IMG/VR virus record: IMGVR_UViG_3300044678_002325
Span: 1 to 64,000 of that record
DNA from: a virus
Lineage: Duplodnaviria > Caudoviricetes
Length of the DNA: 64,000 nucleotides
Strand: one strand, 5' to 3'
The translations under genes were made by a program, and so were the position numbers. The notes beneath the pieces are model-generated. The model searched no databases. It saw nothing but the letters and a program-made list of their open reading frames with translations, and was not told the DNA's origin. Every line of letters starts with the position of its first letter. The first letter of the stretch is position 1. Below, piece by piece: positions 9,530-17,695 of the stretch.

Positions 9530-9919
9530 TAATTTTGCGGTTTGTTTTTTATCCATATATCTTAGGAAACGATTAACATAATTAACAATATTAGCAGCTC
9601 CAATAGGATTGGCTGAGTGAACATATACTTGAGGGAAAGGACTTGTAAAGTTGTCCATATATTGTCCAACCAACCATTTAACTGCGTCATATCCAGTTTT
9701 TTCTTCAATATTATCATAATCTAATATACCTTTATTCATTACATTTGTGTAATACTCTTCAACCGCAGTATCACCCAAATCGTGGTCAAATGAAATAACA
9801 TCGATATTCTCTAATCCTAACTCAGAAATCTTTTTGATGAATTGACCATAATTTCTAACAACAATCCAATCTTTGTCATTAGGAGTTCTTTTATCATCCA
9901 AATATATTTTGTATTTCAT
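9497..9919 (-). CDS. Cyclic-phosphate-processing receiver-like domain protein
   Basis: IYLDDxRTP, SFDHDLG, TGYD, VHSANPIG motifs. Confidence 0.75.
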   Translation of the reverse strand: MKYKIYLDDKRTPNDKDWIVVRNYGQFIKKISELGLENIDVISFDHDLGDTAVEEYYTNVMNKGILDYDNIEEKTGYDAVKWLVGQYMDNFTSPFPQVYVHSANPIGAANIVNYVNRFLRYMDKKQTAKLKVEPFTIQDK

Positions 9920-10070
9920 TTTTACTCTTGTTTTTACGTGAATATTGTTTTGAACTTTTGTGTACCTTAGTTACTGATACAAACCCATGTGGGTTATTCT
10001 CCAAATACACCAATCTAGCACCATTACCAATGGCATCAATTGTAACTTTAAGTTTATTCTTGGTTTTCAT
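9894..10070 (-). CDS. Small basic hypothetical protein
   Basis: Start trimmed to MKTKNK; ends VHKSSKQYSRK. Confidence 0.55.
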   Translation of the reverse strand: MKTKNKLKVTIDAIGNGARLVYLENNPHGFVSVTKVHKSSKQYSRKNKSKNEIQNIFG

Positions 10071-10132
10071 AATATTAAGTTTTAAGTTGTTTTTATTATA
10101 ACCAAATAACTCAATCAAATGTTCCCAACAAT

Positions 10133-10381
10133 TCAATTTTTATTACAATCTTTTATTCCATCTTTATAACCTTGCAAATAAATTGAATCAACATTAATTA
10201 CCTTGTTTGATTTAATCTCAATTGGTTTTGGGGGTGTTTTTGGGATAATCATAAAACCAGTAATAAATAAAATAAACCCAAGAATAAATAAATAAATGCC
10301 TCGATTGTCTATAAAAGAGAAAGAACCAAAAAAGGCAAACAATCCAACAACCATAAAAAGTGAACCAAATAATAAATCCAT
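10133..10381 (-). CDS. Two-TM membrane protein
   Basis: Start trimmed to MDLLFG (the longer ORF overlaps a tRNA). Confidence 0.6.
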   Translation of the reverse strand: MDLLFGSLFMVVGLFAFFGSFSFIDNRGIYLFILGFILFITGFMIIPKTPPKPIEIKSNKVINVDSIYLQGYKDGIKDCNKN

Positions 10382-10404
10382 AATTTCTTTTTTTAAAATG
10401 TTAG

Positions 10405-10487
10405 TACCCAAGGTGGGAGTCGAACCCACAAGTCATTATGACGATTGATCCTAAATCAATTGCGTTTGCCAATTCCGCCACTCAGGC
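10405..10487 (-). tRNA. tRNA-Leu(UAG)
   Basis: Cloverleaf; ATTGA-TTTAGGA-TCAAT; long variable arm. Confidence 0.92.
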
Positions 10488-10724
10488 ATAAATAAATCTT
10501 TTATCTGGGAACTTCCGTATGACTGTCAAAATAGTCGGAGGTAAGTAAGATTTTACTTTACAACATACATACCAGTTTTCTCTATGTATGTTTTTTTTAA
10601 AGGTTAAATCCAAATTTGATTAGATAAACCAATCCTAATACAATAAGTCCAAGCATTGCTGTTGAAAACATATACATTGCAAATTCTTTTTGTTTTTCTG
10701 TTTTACCTTGATTTTCATTTTTCA

Positions 10725-10964
10725 TTATAAAAATTTTTGATAGTCTATAAAATTTTTTTCAATCCACATTTTTCCAGTTACTTCATTATCTTCTTTTTTA
10801 CTTTTTTCATAAATTTCAGACATTACATATCTTTCATTTTGTAACTCATCCCAAAGATAAGAAATAACTATGTTTAATTTTCTTTTTTCCTCTGTCTCAT
10901 GTTTAGCTTCTCTAGCAAGTTTTTCAACTCTGTCTATAACATTTTGAAGGGGTGTGTTTTTCAT
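10725..10964 (-). CDS. Hypothetical protein
   Basis: ORF track, start MKNTPL. Confidence 0.6.
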   Translation of the reverse strand: MKNTPLQNVIDRVEKLAREAKHETEEKRKLNIVISYLWDELQNERYVMSEIYEKSKKEDNEVTGKMWIEKNFIDYQKFL

Positions 10965-10965
10965 A

Positions 10966-11151
10966 TTAATCATTTTTTTTATCATTATCAAGTTCTAACT
11001 GACTTTCACTAAATATATGTAACATACCATTATCAATTAATTCTGCAACAATTCTTGTTTCACCAGATGTGGTTTGGAATACCGCAACAACTATACCTGG
11101 GAATTTGTAACCTTTCGGTTTGTAAACTTTGTCTCCTACTTTAAATTTCAT
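10966..11151 (-). CDS. Small SH3/KOW-like protein
   Basis: MKFKVGDKV...GIVVAVF...FSESQLEL. Confidence 0.6.
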   Translation of the reverse strand: MKFKVGDKVYKPKGYKFPGIVVAVFQTTSGETRIVAELIDNGMLHIFSESQLELDNDKKND

Positions 11152-11177
11152 AATTTTTTTTTAAATAATATAATGAT

Positions 11178-11561
11178 TTATTTGTAAGATGAAAAATATT
11201 TTTCAGTGTAATGTTTTAGAATACCATCACTGTTGGTGTATTTGGTATTAATTGTATTACTGAAGAAAAAACTATTATCATCCAATATAAGCAAGTGTTC
11301 GTCTCTAATGGACTCAAAATTTGTTAATCCATCTGTGTTGAATTGATTAACACGACTTTTAAAATTCTCCAATTTTTCTTTAATACAATTTAAATCAATA
11401 TTTGGAAAAAGATATGTTAATCGTGTCAATGAATTTGGATAGATGAATTGTAGTTTTGAATCTTCTTTAAGAAAGATTAAAATACCAACATTTACTTGTT
11501 CATCCAATACCACTGAAGGTCGGAATTTTAATAAACTATATTCTGCGTTTTTGAAGGTCGT
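11178..11561 (-). CDS. DUF3037-like protein (start uncertain)
   Basis: YSLLKFRPSVVLDEQVNVGIL motif extends upstream of the GTG; no ATG, in-frame ACG at 11561. Confidence 0.55.
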   Translation of the reverse strand, partial: TTFKNAEYSLLKFRPSVVLDEQVNVGILIFLKEDSKLQFIYPNSLTRLTYLFPNIDLNCIKEKLENFKSRVNQFNTDGLTNFESIRDEHLLILDDNSFFFSNTINTKYTNSDGILKHYTEKYFSSYK

Positions 11562-11625
11562 TAGATTTTAATTTAAGTTATCAATTTACATAGAAATAGA
11601 ACTCTTGTACTTCTTTAAAATTTAG

Positions 11626-11698
11626 TACACCCAACAGGATTCGAACCTGTAACCTATTGCTTAGAAGGCAATTGCTCTTCCAGTTGAGCTATGGGTGC
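11626..11698 (-). tRNA. tRNA-Arg(UCU)
   Basis: ATTGC-CTTCTAA-GCAAT; canonical cloverleaf. Confidence 0.95.
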
Positions 11699-11710
11699 TA
11701 ATATATATTG

Positions 11711-11824
11711 TAGTCAAGATAGGATTTGAACCTATACGACCCTTCACATTTCTGTTGCATCGGTCTTTCTTATGGGACAAACGTACACCATCTTACTTAG
11801 CGTCTTCCATTCCGCCACTTGACC
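11711..11824 (-). ncRNA. tRNA-like RNA with expanded anticodon region
   Basis: GGTCAAG/CTTGACT-A acceptor, D arm and T arm intact; ~60-nt non-canonical insert. Confidence 0.75.
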
Positions 11825-11926
11825 ATATTAATTAAAACATCTTGTTCAGGGTAGGTAGGAGCCCGTTACCTTTAATCTGAACCTCTTTGCCATCATTTTC
11901 TTTACGAGTTGATGTTTTAAATGTTG

Positions 11927-11996
11927 TAGTCCTGACAGGATTCGAACCCGCACAATGATTTTTTTCTCAAGCGTTTTCCAATTTCGCCACAGGACT
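11927..11996 (-). ncRNA. tRNA-like RNA (AGTCCTG family), shrunken anticodon arm
   Basis: AGTCCTG/CAGGACT-A acceptor, D arm, TTCGAAT T loop; anticodon arm TGA-GAAAAAAA-TCA. Confidence 0.75.
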
Positions 11997-12005
11997 ATTG
12001 TCTCA

Positions 12006-12037
12006 CAAAATTACGATTTGCTTTTCTAATTTCCAAA
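12006..12037 (-). promoter_or_regulatory. Bacteroidetes primary-sigma promoter
   Basis: TTTG-N20-TAATTTTG; near-identical copies at 15967 and 21754. Confidence 0.75.
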
Positions 12038-12104
12038 TCTTTTTTAAACTTTTTTTATTTTAAGATGAAAGTAATATCCCATTTTTTAGTATCTAAGTAT
12101 TTAA

Positions 12105-12371
12105 TTAAAATTCAAGTTCTTTGATTGAATAATCTGGATATCTTGTTTGGCCAAACTCATCAATCAACATTATATTTATATGAGTACAACCTTTCTTTTT
12201 GGCTGTGGTCAAATTTTCTTCAGTCAGATTAACCAAATTAACACCCCACATTTTTATCCATCCCTCATTTGGATTAAATACCTCATTGATTAGTATATCA
12301 GTTGAGTTGGGATAAGATTTCAATACCTTGTTAATACAAGTGAAGTTTTTTTCTAAAGGATTAGTTATCAT
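12105..12371 (-). CDS. Hypothetical protein
   Basis: ORF track. Confidence 0.6.
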   Translation of the reverse strand: MITNPLEKNFTCINKVLKSYPNSTDILINEVFNPNEGWIKMWGVNLVNLTEENLTTAKKKGCTHINIMLIDEFGQTRYPDYSIKELEF

Positions 12372-12411
12372 TTTGATTTTTTTTGTGTGTTAATATTCAA
12401 CTTACATTACT

Positions 12412-12442
12412 ATAAACCTTTTTACCTATCATTTAGTTCCAA
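12412..12442 (-). promoter_or_regulatory. ECF-sigma-like promoter, copy 1
   Basis: TTGGAACTAAATG-N11-GGTTTAT, three copies with identical spacing. Confidence 0.6.
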
Positions 12443-12462
12443 AGGTTAGAATTATTTTTTAA

Positions 12463-12607
12463 TAGTCCTGACAGGATTCGAACCTGTATTTACAACAACG
12501 CCAATCTGACACATCCGTGCCAGTAGAGGAATTGAACCTCTATATTGTAACCCCCTTTGGTCTAAGTGGATTTGCACCACAGCGTCTTTACATTCCGCCA
12601 CAAGACT
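12463..12607 (-). ncRNA. tRNA-like RNA (AGTCCTG family) with nested second T arm
   Basis: AGTCTTG/CAGGACT-A acceptor; insert contains AGAGG-TTCAATT-CCTCT and CTGGCAC-GGAT-GTGTCAG. Confidence 0.7.
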
Positions 12608-12708
12608 GAGTAAAAGAATACGCTTCTGGGGCTTCACCAGCCTTCTATATTCATGTACCTCTCAGTTAAGAGTCAGTACTGAGCTTTTTTTCTTTGCGTA
12701 TTCCTTTG

Positions 12709-12780
12709 TAGTCCTGACAGGATTCGAACCCATACTCTCTCATCCATACATGAGGCCTTTACCAATTTGGCTACAGGACT
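12709..12780 (-). ncRNA. tRNA-like RNA (AGTCCTG family), 6-nt anticodon loop
   Basis: CTCAT-GTATGG-ATGAG arm; normal acceptor, D and T arms. Confidence 0.75.
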
Positions 12781-12993
12781 AAATTCCACTTTAAATTACA
12801 AACAAAATTACGTATAACAAAATTAATCCCAACAATGCTAAATCAAAATAAATAAAAGTTTTACTAAACTTTATTTCATCTCTCATATGTTCAAGTTTTT
12901 CATTGTTGAGTTTTAATTGCTCTTGTAAAATTTGAAGTTTTGTTTCTAAATCACTCATAATTAAAATTTAAGTTTGTTAAAAAATTTATTTTG

Positions 12994-13064
12994 TAGTCCT
13001 GACAGGATTCGAACCCGCATCCCCCTCTGTTAGGATTCGTGACTTACCATTTGCCTACAAGACT
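12994..13064 (-). ncRNA. tRNA-like RNA (AGTCCTG family), aberrant anticodon arm
   Basis: AGTCTTG/CAGGACT-A acceptor and T arm; no 5-bp stem with 7-nt loop. Confidence 0.7.
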
Positions 13065-13069
13065 TAATT

Positions 13070-13342
13070 TTAATCTAAACTATCTAATCCCATACAATAT
13101 CTTATGAATCTTTGTTCACCATCTTCTGTCTTATATTTGTATTCGCCTTCATAAATTGTATAATAACCTCTGTCATCAAATGGTTCAAAACCGATATACT
13201 CAACACTTTCATCAACTATAGGACCTTCAACACCCATATATTGATTCAAAAGTAATTCAGTTTTTTCAATACTACTTGCAGTTAGAATAGGCATTCTATC
13301 GTTGCTATCCAAGATTACATAAATAAGTGTCATAATATTCAA
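13070..13342 (-). CDS. Hypothetical protein (paralog of 22241-22486)
   Basis: Shares PI..A.....LL..YMG...RFI.YCM..D.L pattern. Confidence 0.65.
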   Translation of the reverse strand: MNIMTLIYVILDSNDRMPILTASSIEKTELLLNQYMGVEGPIVDESVEYIGFEPFDDRGYYTIYEGEYKYKTEDGEQRFIRYCMGLDSLD

Positions 13343-13351
13343 AGTTTTAAA

Positions 13352-13582
13352 TTAAAAATATTTTCTCAAATAATATTCATATGTATCACGACTTGGAGCT
13401 GTGTTATTTTCATCAAGATGAAGAAACATATACCCTTTATAAGCGTTAGATTCATGTAAGATTTTCTCAAGTATAGTAATTATACCATTCTTTTCTTCCA
13501 TTGTGTAATTTGGATTCACCAATTGTTTGTTAGCGAAGTCTTTGATGTACTCAACTTGGATTGTTTTTTTCTCTTTAGCCAT
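13352..13582 (-). CDS. Hypothetical protein
   Basis: ORF track; TATCTTTG promoter element upstream. Confidence 0.6.
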   Translation of the reverse strand: MAKEKKTIQVEYIKDFANKQLVNPNYTMEEKNGIITILEKILHESNAYKGYMFLHLDENNTAPSRDTYEYYLRKYF

Positions 13583-13917
13583 TGTGATTATGTGTTTCAG
13601 TGATTAATAAGACAAAGATAGTTGTTCTTCCTGAATTATTCACTTTTTACTATGTTTTTTTTTAAAAAATTTTGGGGTATCTTCCAAGTTAGCTACACTT
13701 TTTCAATACCCCCTCATCCTGTAGAAACGGACTAGTGTTTTTTGCCTTTTGTAGAAAATGCGAGTGACTATCTCGTGTAAACCGCCAACAATCTGGTCTT
13801 GGCAACCCTGGTTATAGTGACATATTAACCATAATACGTGGTTAGGTTAACATATTAACCAAATACGGCAATTGAGGCTTGCAGACCACCCAATCTATCT
13901 ACATCAATTGGGATTTT

Positions 13918-14003
13918 TGGAGCCGTTTGTCAGATTCGAACTGACGTGTCCTAACGGAACTGGGTTACAAATCCAGTGCAATCAACCACTATGCGAAAAC
14001 GGC
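13918..14003 (-). tRNA. tRNA-Thr(UGU) with long variable arm
   Basis: CTGGA-TTTGTAA-CCCAG; encoded CCA; 14-nt variable region. Confidence 0.85.
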
Positions 14004-14009
14004 AAATAA

Positions 14010-14261
14010 TTATCTTCTTTTATAAACATAGGTTATTGTATCCCCTATTTCATATACATCACTTCTTCTTGTCATTATCAATTCATCACAATCGGTTTTA
14101 TAATTATATCTTTTACCAAATTCAATTGTGGATGGAGATTCTGTAATATACATCGTATCAATTACACACTTCTTAACAATATCACCAGGTTCTATTGTGG
14201 GGTGTTTGTTACAGGATACAAAGATAGTGATTAAAGTTGAAAACCAAAATATTTTTTTCAT
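14010..14261 (-). CDS. Lipoprotein
   Basis: IFVS-C lipobox. Confidence 0.6.
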   Translation of the reverse strand: MKKIFWFSTLITIFVSCNKHPTIEPGDIVKKCVIDTMYITESPSTIEFGKRYNYKTDCDELIMTRRSDVYEIGDTITYVYKRR

Positions 14262-14863
14262 TTTTCCATATTATTTATAACCCAAGTAGAAAATTTCTTA
14301 TGTCCAGAAGGTGCAAAGTGAATCCCATCCCAAGTATCACTATAAAACATTGTAGTGTCCATAGGAATTATTTTACAATTCTTTAATCCAGTTTTTTCTT
14401 TAACCATTAGTTTTTGAAACTCAATGTATCTTCCAACACATCTCTTGGTTGTTTCTGCGTCATACACAGTCTTTGTTGTTACTTGAGCTGGATTAAAACC
14501 CACAATTACAATAGGTTCAATTCCTCTTCTATTACAACTATCAACCATCATCTGAATGTTATTCACCGCCCCTTGTAAATCTACCATAGAAAACGCATCA
14601 TTACATCCACCATAAATGAATACCTGAGAGAAAGCTGAATCTTTTTTAAAACAAGCATTCATTGTCGTTCTCATATAATCCGTTCTAACACCACCTTTTG
14701 CTAGGTTGAGACTTTGATATCCAAAATGTTTTGAAACTTGATCCTGCCACCCACCAGGAGCACAGGTTAAACTATCACCGATATATAATACCCTACGTGG
14801 GGGTGTATATGACCAAGATGTCAATAATACAAATAATACTAAAAATACTAAAAATTTTTTCAT
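14258..14863 (-). CDS. SGNH/GDSL hydrolase, secreted
   Basis: IGDSLT, GGCND, DGIH blocks; signal peptide. Confidence 0.85.
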   Translation of the reverse strand: MKKFLVFLVLFVLLTSWSYTPPRRVLYIGDSLTCAPGGWQDQVSKHFGYQSLNLAKGGVRTDYMRTTMNACFKKDSAFSQVFIYGGCNDAFSMVDLQGAVNNIQMMVDSCNRRGIEPIVIVGFNPAQVTTKTVYDAETTKRCVGRYIEFQKLMVKEKTGLKNCKIIPMDTTMFYSDTWDGIHFAPSGHKKFSTWVINNMEK

Positions 14864-14892
14864 AAATTAAATTTAAAACAACGTTTATTTTT

Positions 14893-14969
14893 TGGTGGAG
14901 GATGTCGGCTTTGCTCCGACCACCTCTTGTGTGCAAAACAAGTGCTCTTGCTGAATGAGCTAATCCCCC
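14893..14969 (-). tRNA. tRNA-Ala(UGC), atypical T loop
   Basis: GGGGGAT/ATCCTCC with G3:U70; TTTGCAC loop; T loop AGCAAAG; CCA encoded. Confidence 0.85.
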
Positions 14970-15042
14970 TTTTTGTATTATGTAATTGTGCTTAAATTTT
15001 AGACGTAAGGAAGCTATACACCAACCGACTTACTTTCTCCTA

Positions 15043-15255
15043 TTACATAATTTTTCTCCATAATCCACCAGCCAAACATTTGAAATCATCAAAACTTGTT
15101 ACTCTGATTGGGAAATCTTCATATTTCCATCTTTTACAAGTTATATGAATTTTACCAGTTATAAAGTCTTTTGTTAAGAAGGTATATAAACCATCACGAG
15201 ACTTAATATGGATTTTATCCCCAGTTCTAAGATTTCTAAATTCAGACTGATTCAT
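15043..15255 (-). CDS. Hypothetical protein
   Basis: ORF track. Confidence 0.55.
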   Translation of the reverse strand: MNQSEFRNLRTGDKIHIKSRDGLYTFLTKDFITGKIHITCKRWKYEDFPIRVTSFDDFKCLAGGLWRKIM

Positions 15256-15271
15256 AATGAATTTTTAAATT

Positions 15272-15346
15272 TGGAGCAGTAAGCGAGACTCGAACTCGCA
15301 ACATCTTGTTTGGAAGACAAGAACTCTACCATTGAGCTATTACTGC
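15272..15346 (-). tRNA. tRNA-Gly(UCC)
   Basis: CTTGT-CTTCCAA-ACAAG; U73; CCA encoded. Confidence 0.95.
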
Positions 15347-15354
15347 AATAAGAG

Positions 15355-15440
15355 TGGGTGCCGAGGGATTCGAACCCCCAAGTTTAGCACGTGGCAACTG
15401 ATTTACAGTCAGCATCCTTCACCAATTTGGATAGACACCC
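15355..15440 (-). tRNA. tRNA-Tyr(GUA)
   Basis: GCTGA-CTGTAAA-TCAGT; long variable arm. Confidence 0.92.
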
Positions 15441-15712
15441 TTTTACAACTTACAAGTTCTACTACAAATAGAACTTAACCCAAATGGTCGACATTTCAAT
15501 CGTAAAGTTTTCAACCCGTTACACAGGTGTTCACTTATTTAAGTCCACCTAACACTAATATTATGTAGTCAGATTCCCAACCTGTTAATTTAATACCCAT
15601 TTGTAGTGCAAGTATTATAAAACTACTATATTAGACGCTACTCAACTTCCATTAGATTGCTTTAGTTCGATTATTTTACTAATCAGTTACCGCCATTAGT
15701 TAAGTTGTTTAG

Positions 15713-15787
15713 TTGCAAGAGTGGGAGTCGAACCCACATGGTACGGCTTATGAGACCGAGCTGGAACCACCTCCAGTCCATCTTGCA
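15713..15787 (-). tRNA. tRNA-Met(CAU) (possibly initiator-type)
   Basis: CGGT-CTCATAA-GCCG; atypical D arm. Confidence 0.8.
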
Positions 15788-15796
15788 ATTTGTTTG

Positions 15797-15868
15797 ACGC
15801 AAGGGTGGGAATCGAACCCACAGCTTCTAGGTTATGAGCCTAGCGGACGACCGTTGCCCTTCCTTGCA
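15797..15868 (-). tRNA. tRNA-Met(CAU)
   Basis: CTAGG-CTCATAA-CCTAG. Confidence 0.85.
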
Positions 15869-15878
15869 TAATGTTTTG

Positions 15879-15951
15879 TACACCATACGGGATTTGAACC
15901 CGTGACTCCTCCGTGAAAGGGAGGTGACTTATACCCCTTGTCGAATGGTGC
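15879..15951 (-). tRNA. tRNA-Glu(UUC)
   Basis: CCTCC-CTTTCAC-GGAGG. Confidence 0.93.
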
Positions 15952-15966
15952 GTTTTTATTGTATCA

Positions 15967-15998
15967 CAAAATTACGATTTGATTTTCTTAATTCCAAA
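15967..15998 (-). promoter_or_regulatory. Bacteroidetes primary-sigma promoter
   Basis: TTTG-N20-TAATTTTG. Confidence 0.75.
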
Positions 15999-16019
15999 TC
16001 TTTTTTAAACTTTTTTTTG

Positions 16020-16103
16020 TACCCAGGGCGGGACTCGAACCCGCACAACCTTACTGGTCACAAGATTTTAAGTCTTGCGTGGCTACCATTACACCACCTA
16101 GGC
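16020..16103 (-). tRNA. tRNA-Leu(UAA)
   Basis: CAAGA-CTTAAAA-TCTTG; long variable arm. Confidence 0.95.
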
Positions 16104-16287
16104 AAAATAAAGAGAAGTTTTGAATAAGAACTCTCCACTTCTCTTTTTGATATCTTGTATTCGTTATGGTGAATATCAAGTCACCATAATATAACTTATG
16201 TTGCCTTCGTCCGCCCTAATTGACAATAAGTAAACTCCTTAGAACGTAAGTCACATCTTAATCTCGTGACATAGATATTATTTTAAT

Positions 16288-16434
16288 TTACCACCAATGA
16301 CCAATATCAGTCATATCATCCCACCATTTTGCTACCCAAGAATCTGGATATTTTTTTATGATATAGTTACCAATAAAACCCAAAAGCATTATAAAAATAG
16401 CAAGAATAATAAAGTTTATCATAAAGTTTGTCAT
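16288..16434 (-). CDS. Small membrane protein (48 aa)
   Basis: MTNFMINFIILAIFIMLLGFIG...WW*; downstream of ECF-like promoter. Confidence 0.55.
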   Translation of the reverse strand: MTNFMINFIILAIFIMLLGFIGNYIIKKYPDSWVAKWWDDMTDIGHWW

Positions 16435-16460
16435 AATCTATTTTTTTAAGTTACATTATT

Positions 16461-16491
16461 ATAAACCAACCTTCATCTCATTTAGTTCCAA
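16461..16491 (-). promoter_or_regulatory. ECF-sigma-like promoter, copy 2
   Basis: TTGGAACTAAATG-N11-GGTTTAT. Confidence 0.6.
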
Positions 16492-16508
16492 CTTTTAAAA
16501 CTTTTTTT

Positions 16509-16583
16509 TGGCGGTACCAAGGGGAATCGAACCCCTACCATAAGAGTGACAACCTTATATTCTTGCCGTTAAACTATGGTACC
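16509..16583 (-). tRNA. tRNA-Asp(GUC)
   Basis: TAAGG-TTGTCAC-TCTTA; G73; CCA encoded. Confidence 0.93.
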
Positions 16584-16615
16584 AAATATTTTTCCCTCAA
16601 TTTCAATGAACATCA

Positions 16616-16647
16616 CAAAGATACAATTACTAATTCACATTTTCAAA
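16616..16647 (-). promoter_or_regulatory. Bacteroidetes primary-sigma promoter followed by boxA-like GTTCATTGAAAT
   Basis: TTTG-N20-TATCTTTG. Confidence 0.65.
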
Positions 16648-16654
16648 CACTCTC

Positions 16655-16690
16655 AAAAAAAAATCCATCTTTTTTTAGGAAGATGGATTT
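16655..16690 (-). terminator. Attenuator terminator of tRNA block B
   Basis: AAATCCATCTT-CCTAAAAA-AAGATGGATTT plus T run. Confidence 0.8.
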
Positions 16691-16717
16691 GATTTTATTA
16701 ACAATTAAAACCTTATA

Positions 16718-16789
16718 TCATACCATCTCCATCCGAGGATTTCTACCCTCAGCTCCAGTCGTTAAGTCCATATAGAGATTGTGTTTCAT
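16718..16789 (-). CDS. Putative leader peptide B (MKHNLYMDLTTGAEGRNPRMEMV)
   Basis: 23-codon ORF just upstream of the terminator; its 3' GGAGATGG is complementary to the terminator 5' arm CCATCTTC. Confidence 0.75.
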   Translation of the reverse strand: MKHNLYMDLTTGAEGRNPRMEMV

Positions 16790-16850
16790 TTGTGAAGTTT
16801 TTACTATTTTTTTATTAAATATAACGATATAATACAAAAGGTCAAGTTGG

Positions 16851-17168
16851 TTACAAAAATTGTGAAATAATTTGTGCTACTTTATACCCTGTGAATGCTC
16901 CTAATGCCGCTGAACCAGGTAAAACAATGAATTTACCAAAATTACTTTCATATTTCGCACGATTAACAATATAAGATATTAAGATATAATATAAGAAAAA
17001 ATTAATCAATACGGCAAGATCAATTTCTTTGGCCATAAACACAACTATTGAATTACCAAAGAAACCCCAACTGAAGTTAATCAATGTTTCTCTTATTAAT
17101 TCACTAACAGATGTCTTAGCATCGGCTACCTTAATTTCTTTTGTAAATATATTTTTTTTCTTTTTCAT
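16851..17168 (-). CDS. Membrane protein
   Basis: Three hydrophobic segments. Confidence 0.65.
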   Translation of the reverse strand: MKKKKNIFTKEIKVADAKTSVSELIRETLINFSWGFFGNSIVVFMAKEIDLAVLINFFLYYILISYIVNRAKYESNFGKFIVLPGSAALGAFTGYKVAQIISQFL

Positions 17169-17170
17169 AA

Positions 17171-17686
17171 CTATTCTAAAATATCCCCAAATCCGTTCTC
17201 ATCCAACCAATCCTTATCATCATTTATGTCTTTTAATTCATATTCAAACGCGAATATATTACATACAACATCGTCAGCACTTGAAAAAGTTTCGTGAATA
17301 AAATCAAAATCATCTGGTTCTAATTGAAACTTTTCTTTCTTTAAACATTTGAATAATTCCTTTGATGTTTTGAAAACATTAGGAGTTGTATAAGTTTTTA
17401 ATCTACCCTCCATTTCCATATGTTCAAATTTCTTATAGAATTTATCATTAAACACCAAGATGTTTTCAGTTCCCCATTCATTTAGAACTTGCATTATAAA
17501 TGTTTTTAACCCTTGAAAACATGCTGTACGATAGTCATCAAATTGTTGTTGAACGGAGACATCCCCAAATTCAACTTCACTTGTTTCCTTTTCGTGTTCG
17601 GCAATTTTATCCAATGCCATTAGTTGGAGTTGTTCCCATGTCGTATCATAGGGTTTATAGAAATTCACAATTACCATTGGTGTCAT
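17171..17686 (-). CDS. Hypothetical protein
   Basis: ORF track. Confidence 0.65.
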   Translation of the reverse strand: MTPMVIVNFYKPYDTTWEQLQLMALDKIAEHEKETSEVEFGDVSVQQQFDDYRTACFQGLKTFIMQVLNEWGTENILVFNDKFYKKFEHMEMEGRLKTYTTPNVFKTSKELFKCLKKEKFQLEPDDFDFIHETFSSADDVVCNIFAFEYELKDINDDKDWLDENGFGDILE

Positions 17687-17695
17687 ATTTTTTTG

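Noticed and set aside
12412-12442. Sigma-54 promoter (TGGAAC resembles TGGCAC)
   Set aside because: No TTGC -12 element at the required spacing; ECF-like spacing fits better.
11900-13070. CRISPR array suggested by repeated GTAGTCCTGACAGGATTCGAACC
   Set aside because: Spacing is irregular and each repeat is the 3' half of a tRNA-like fold with a matching 5' half; no cas genes.
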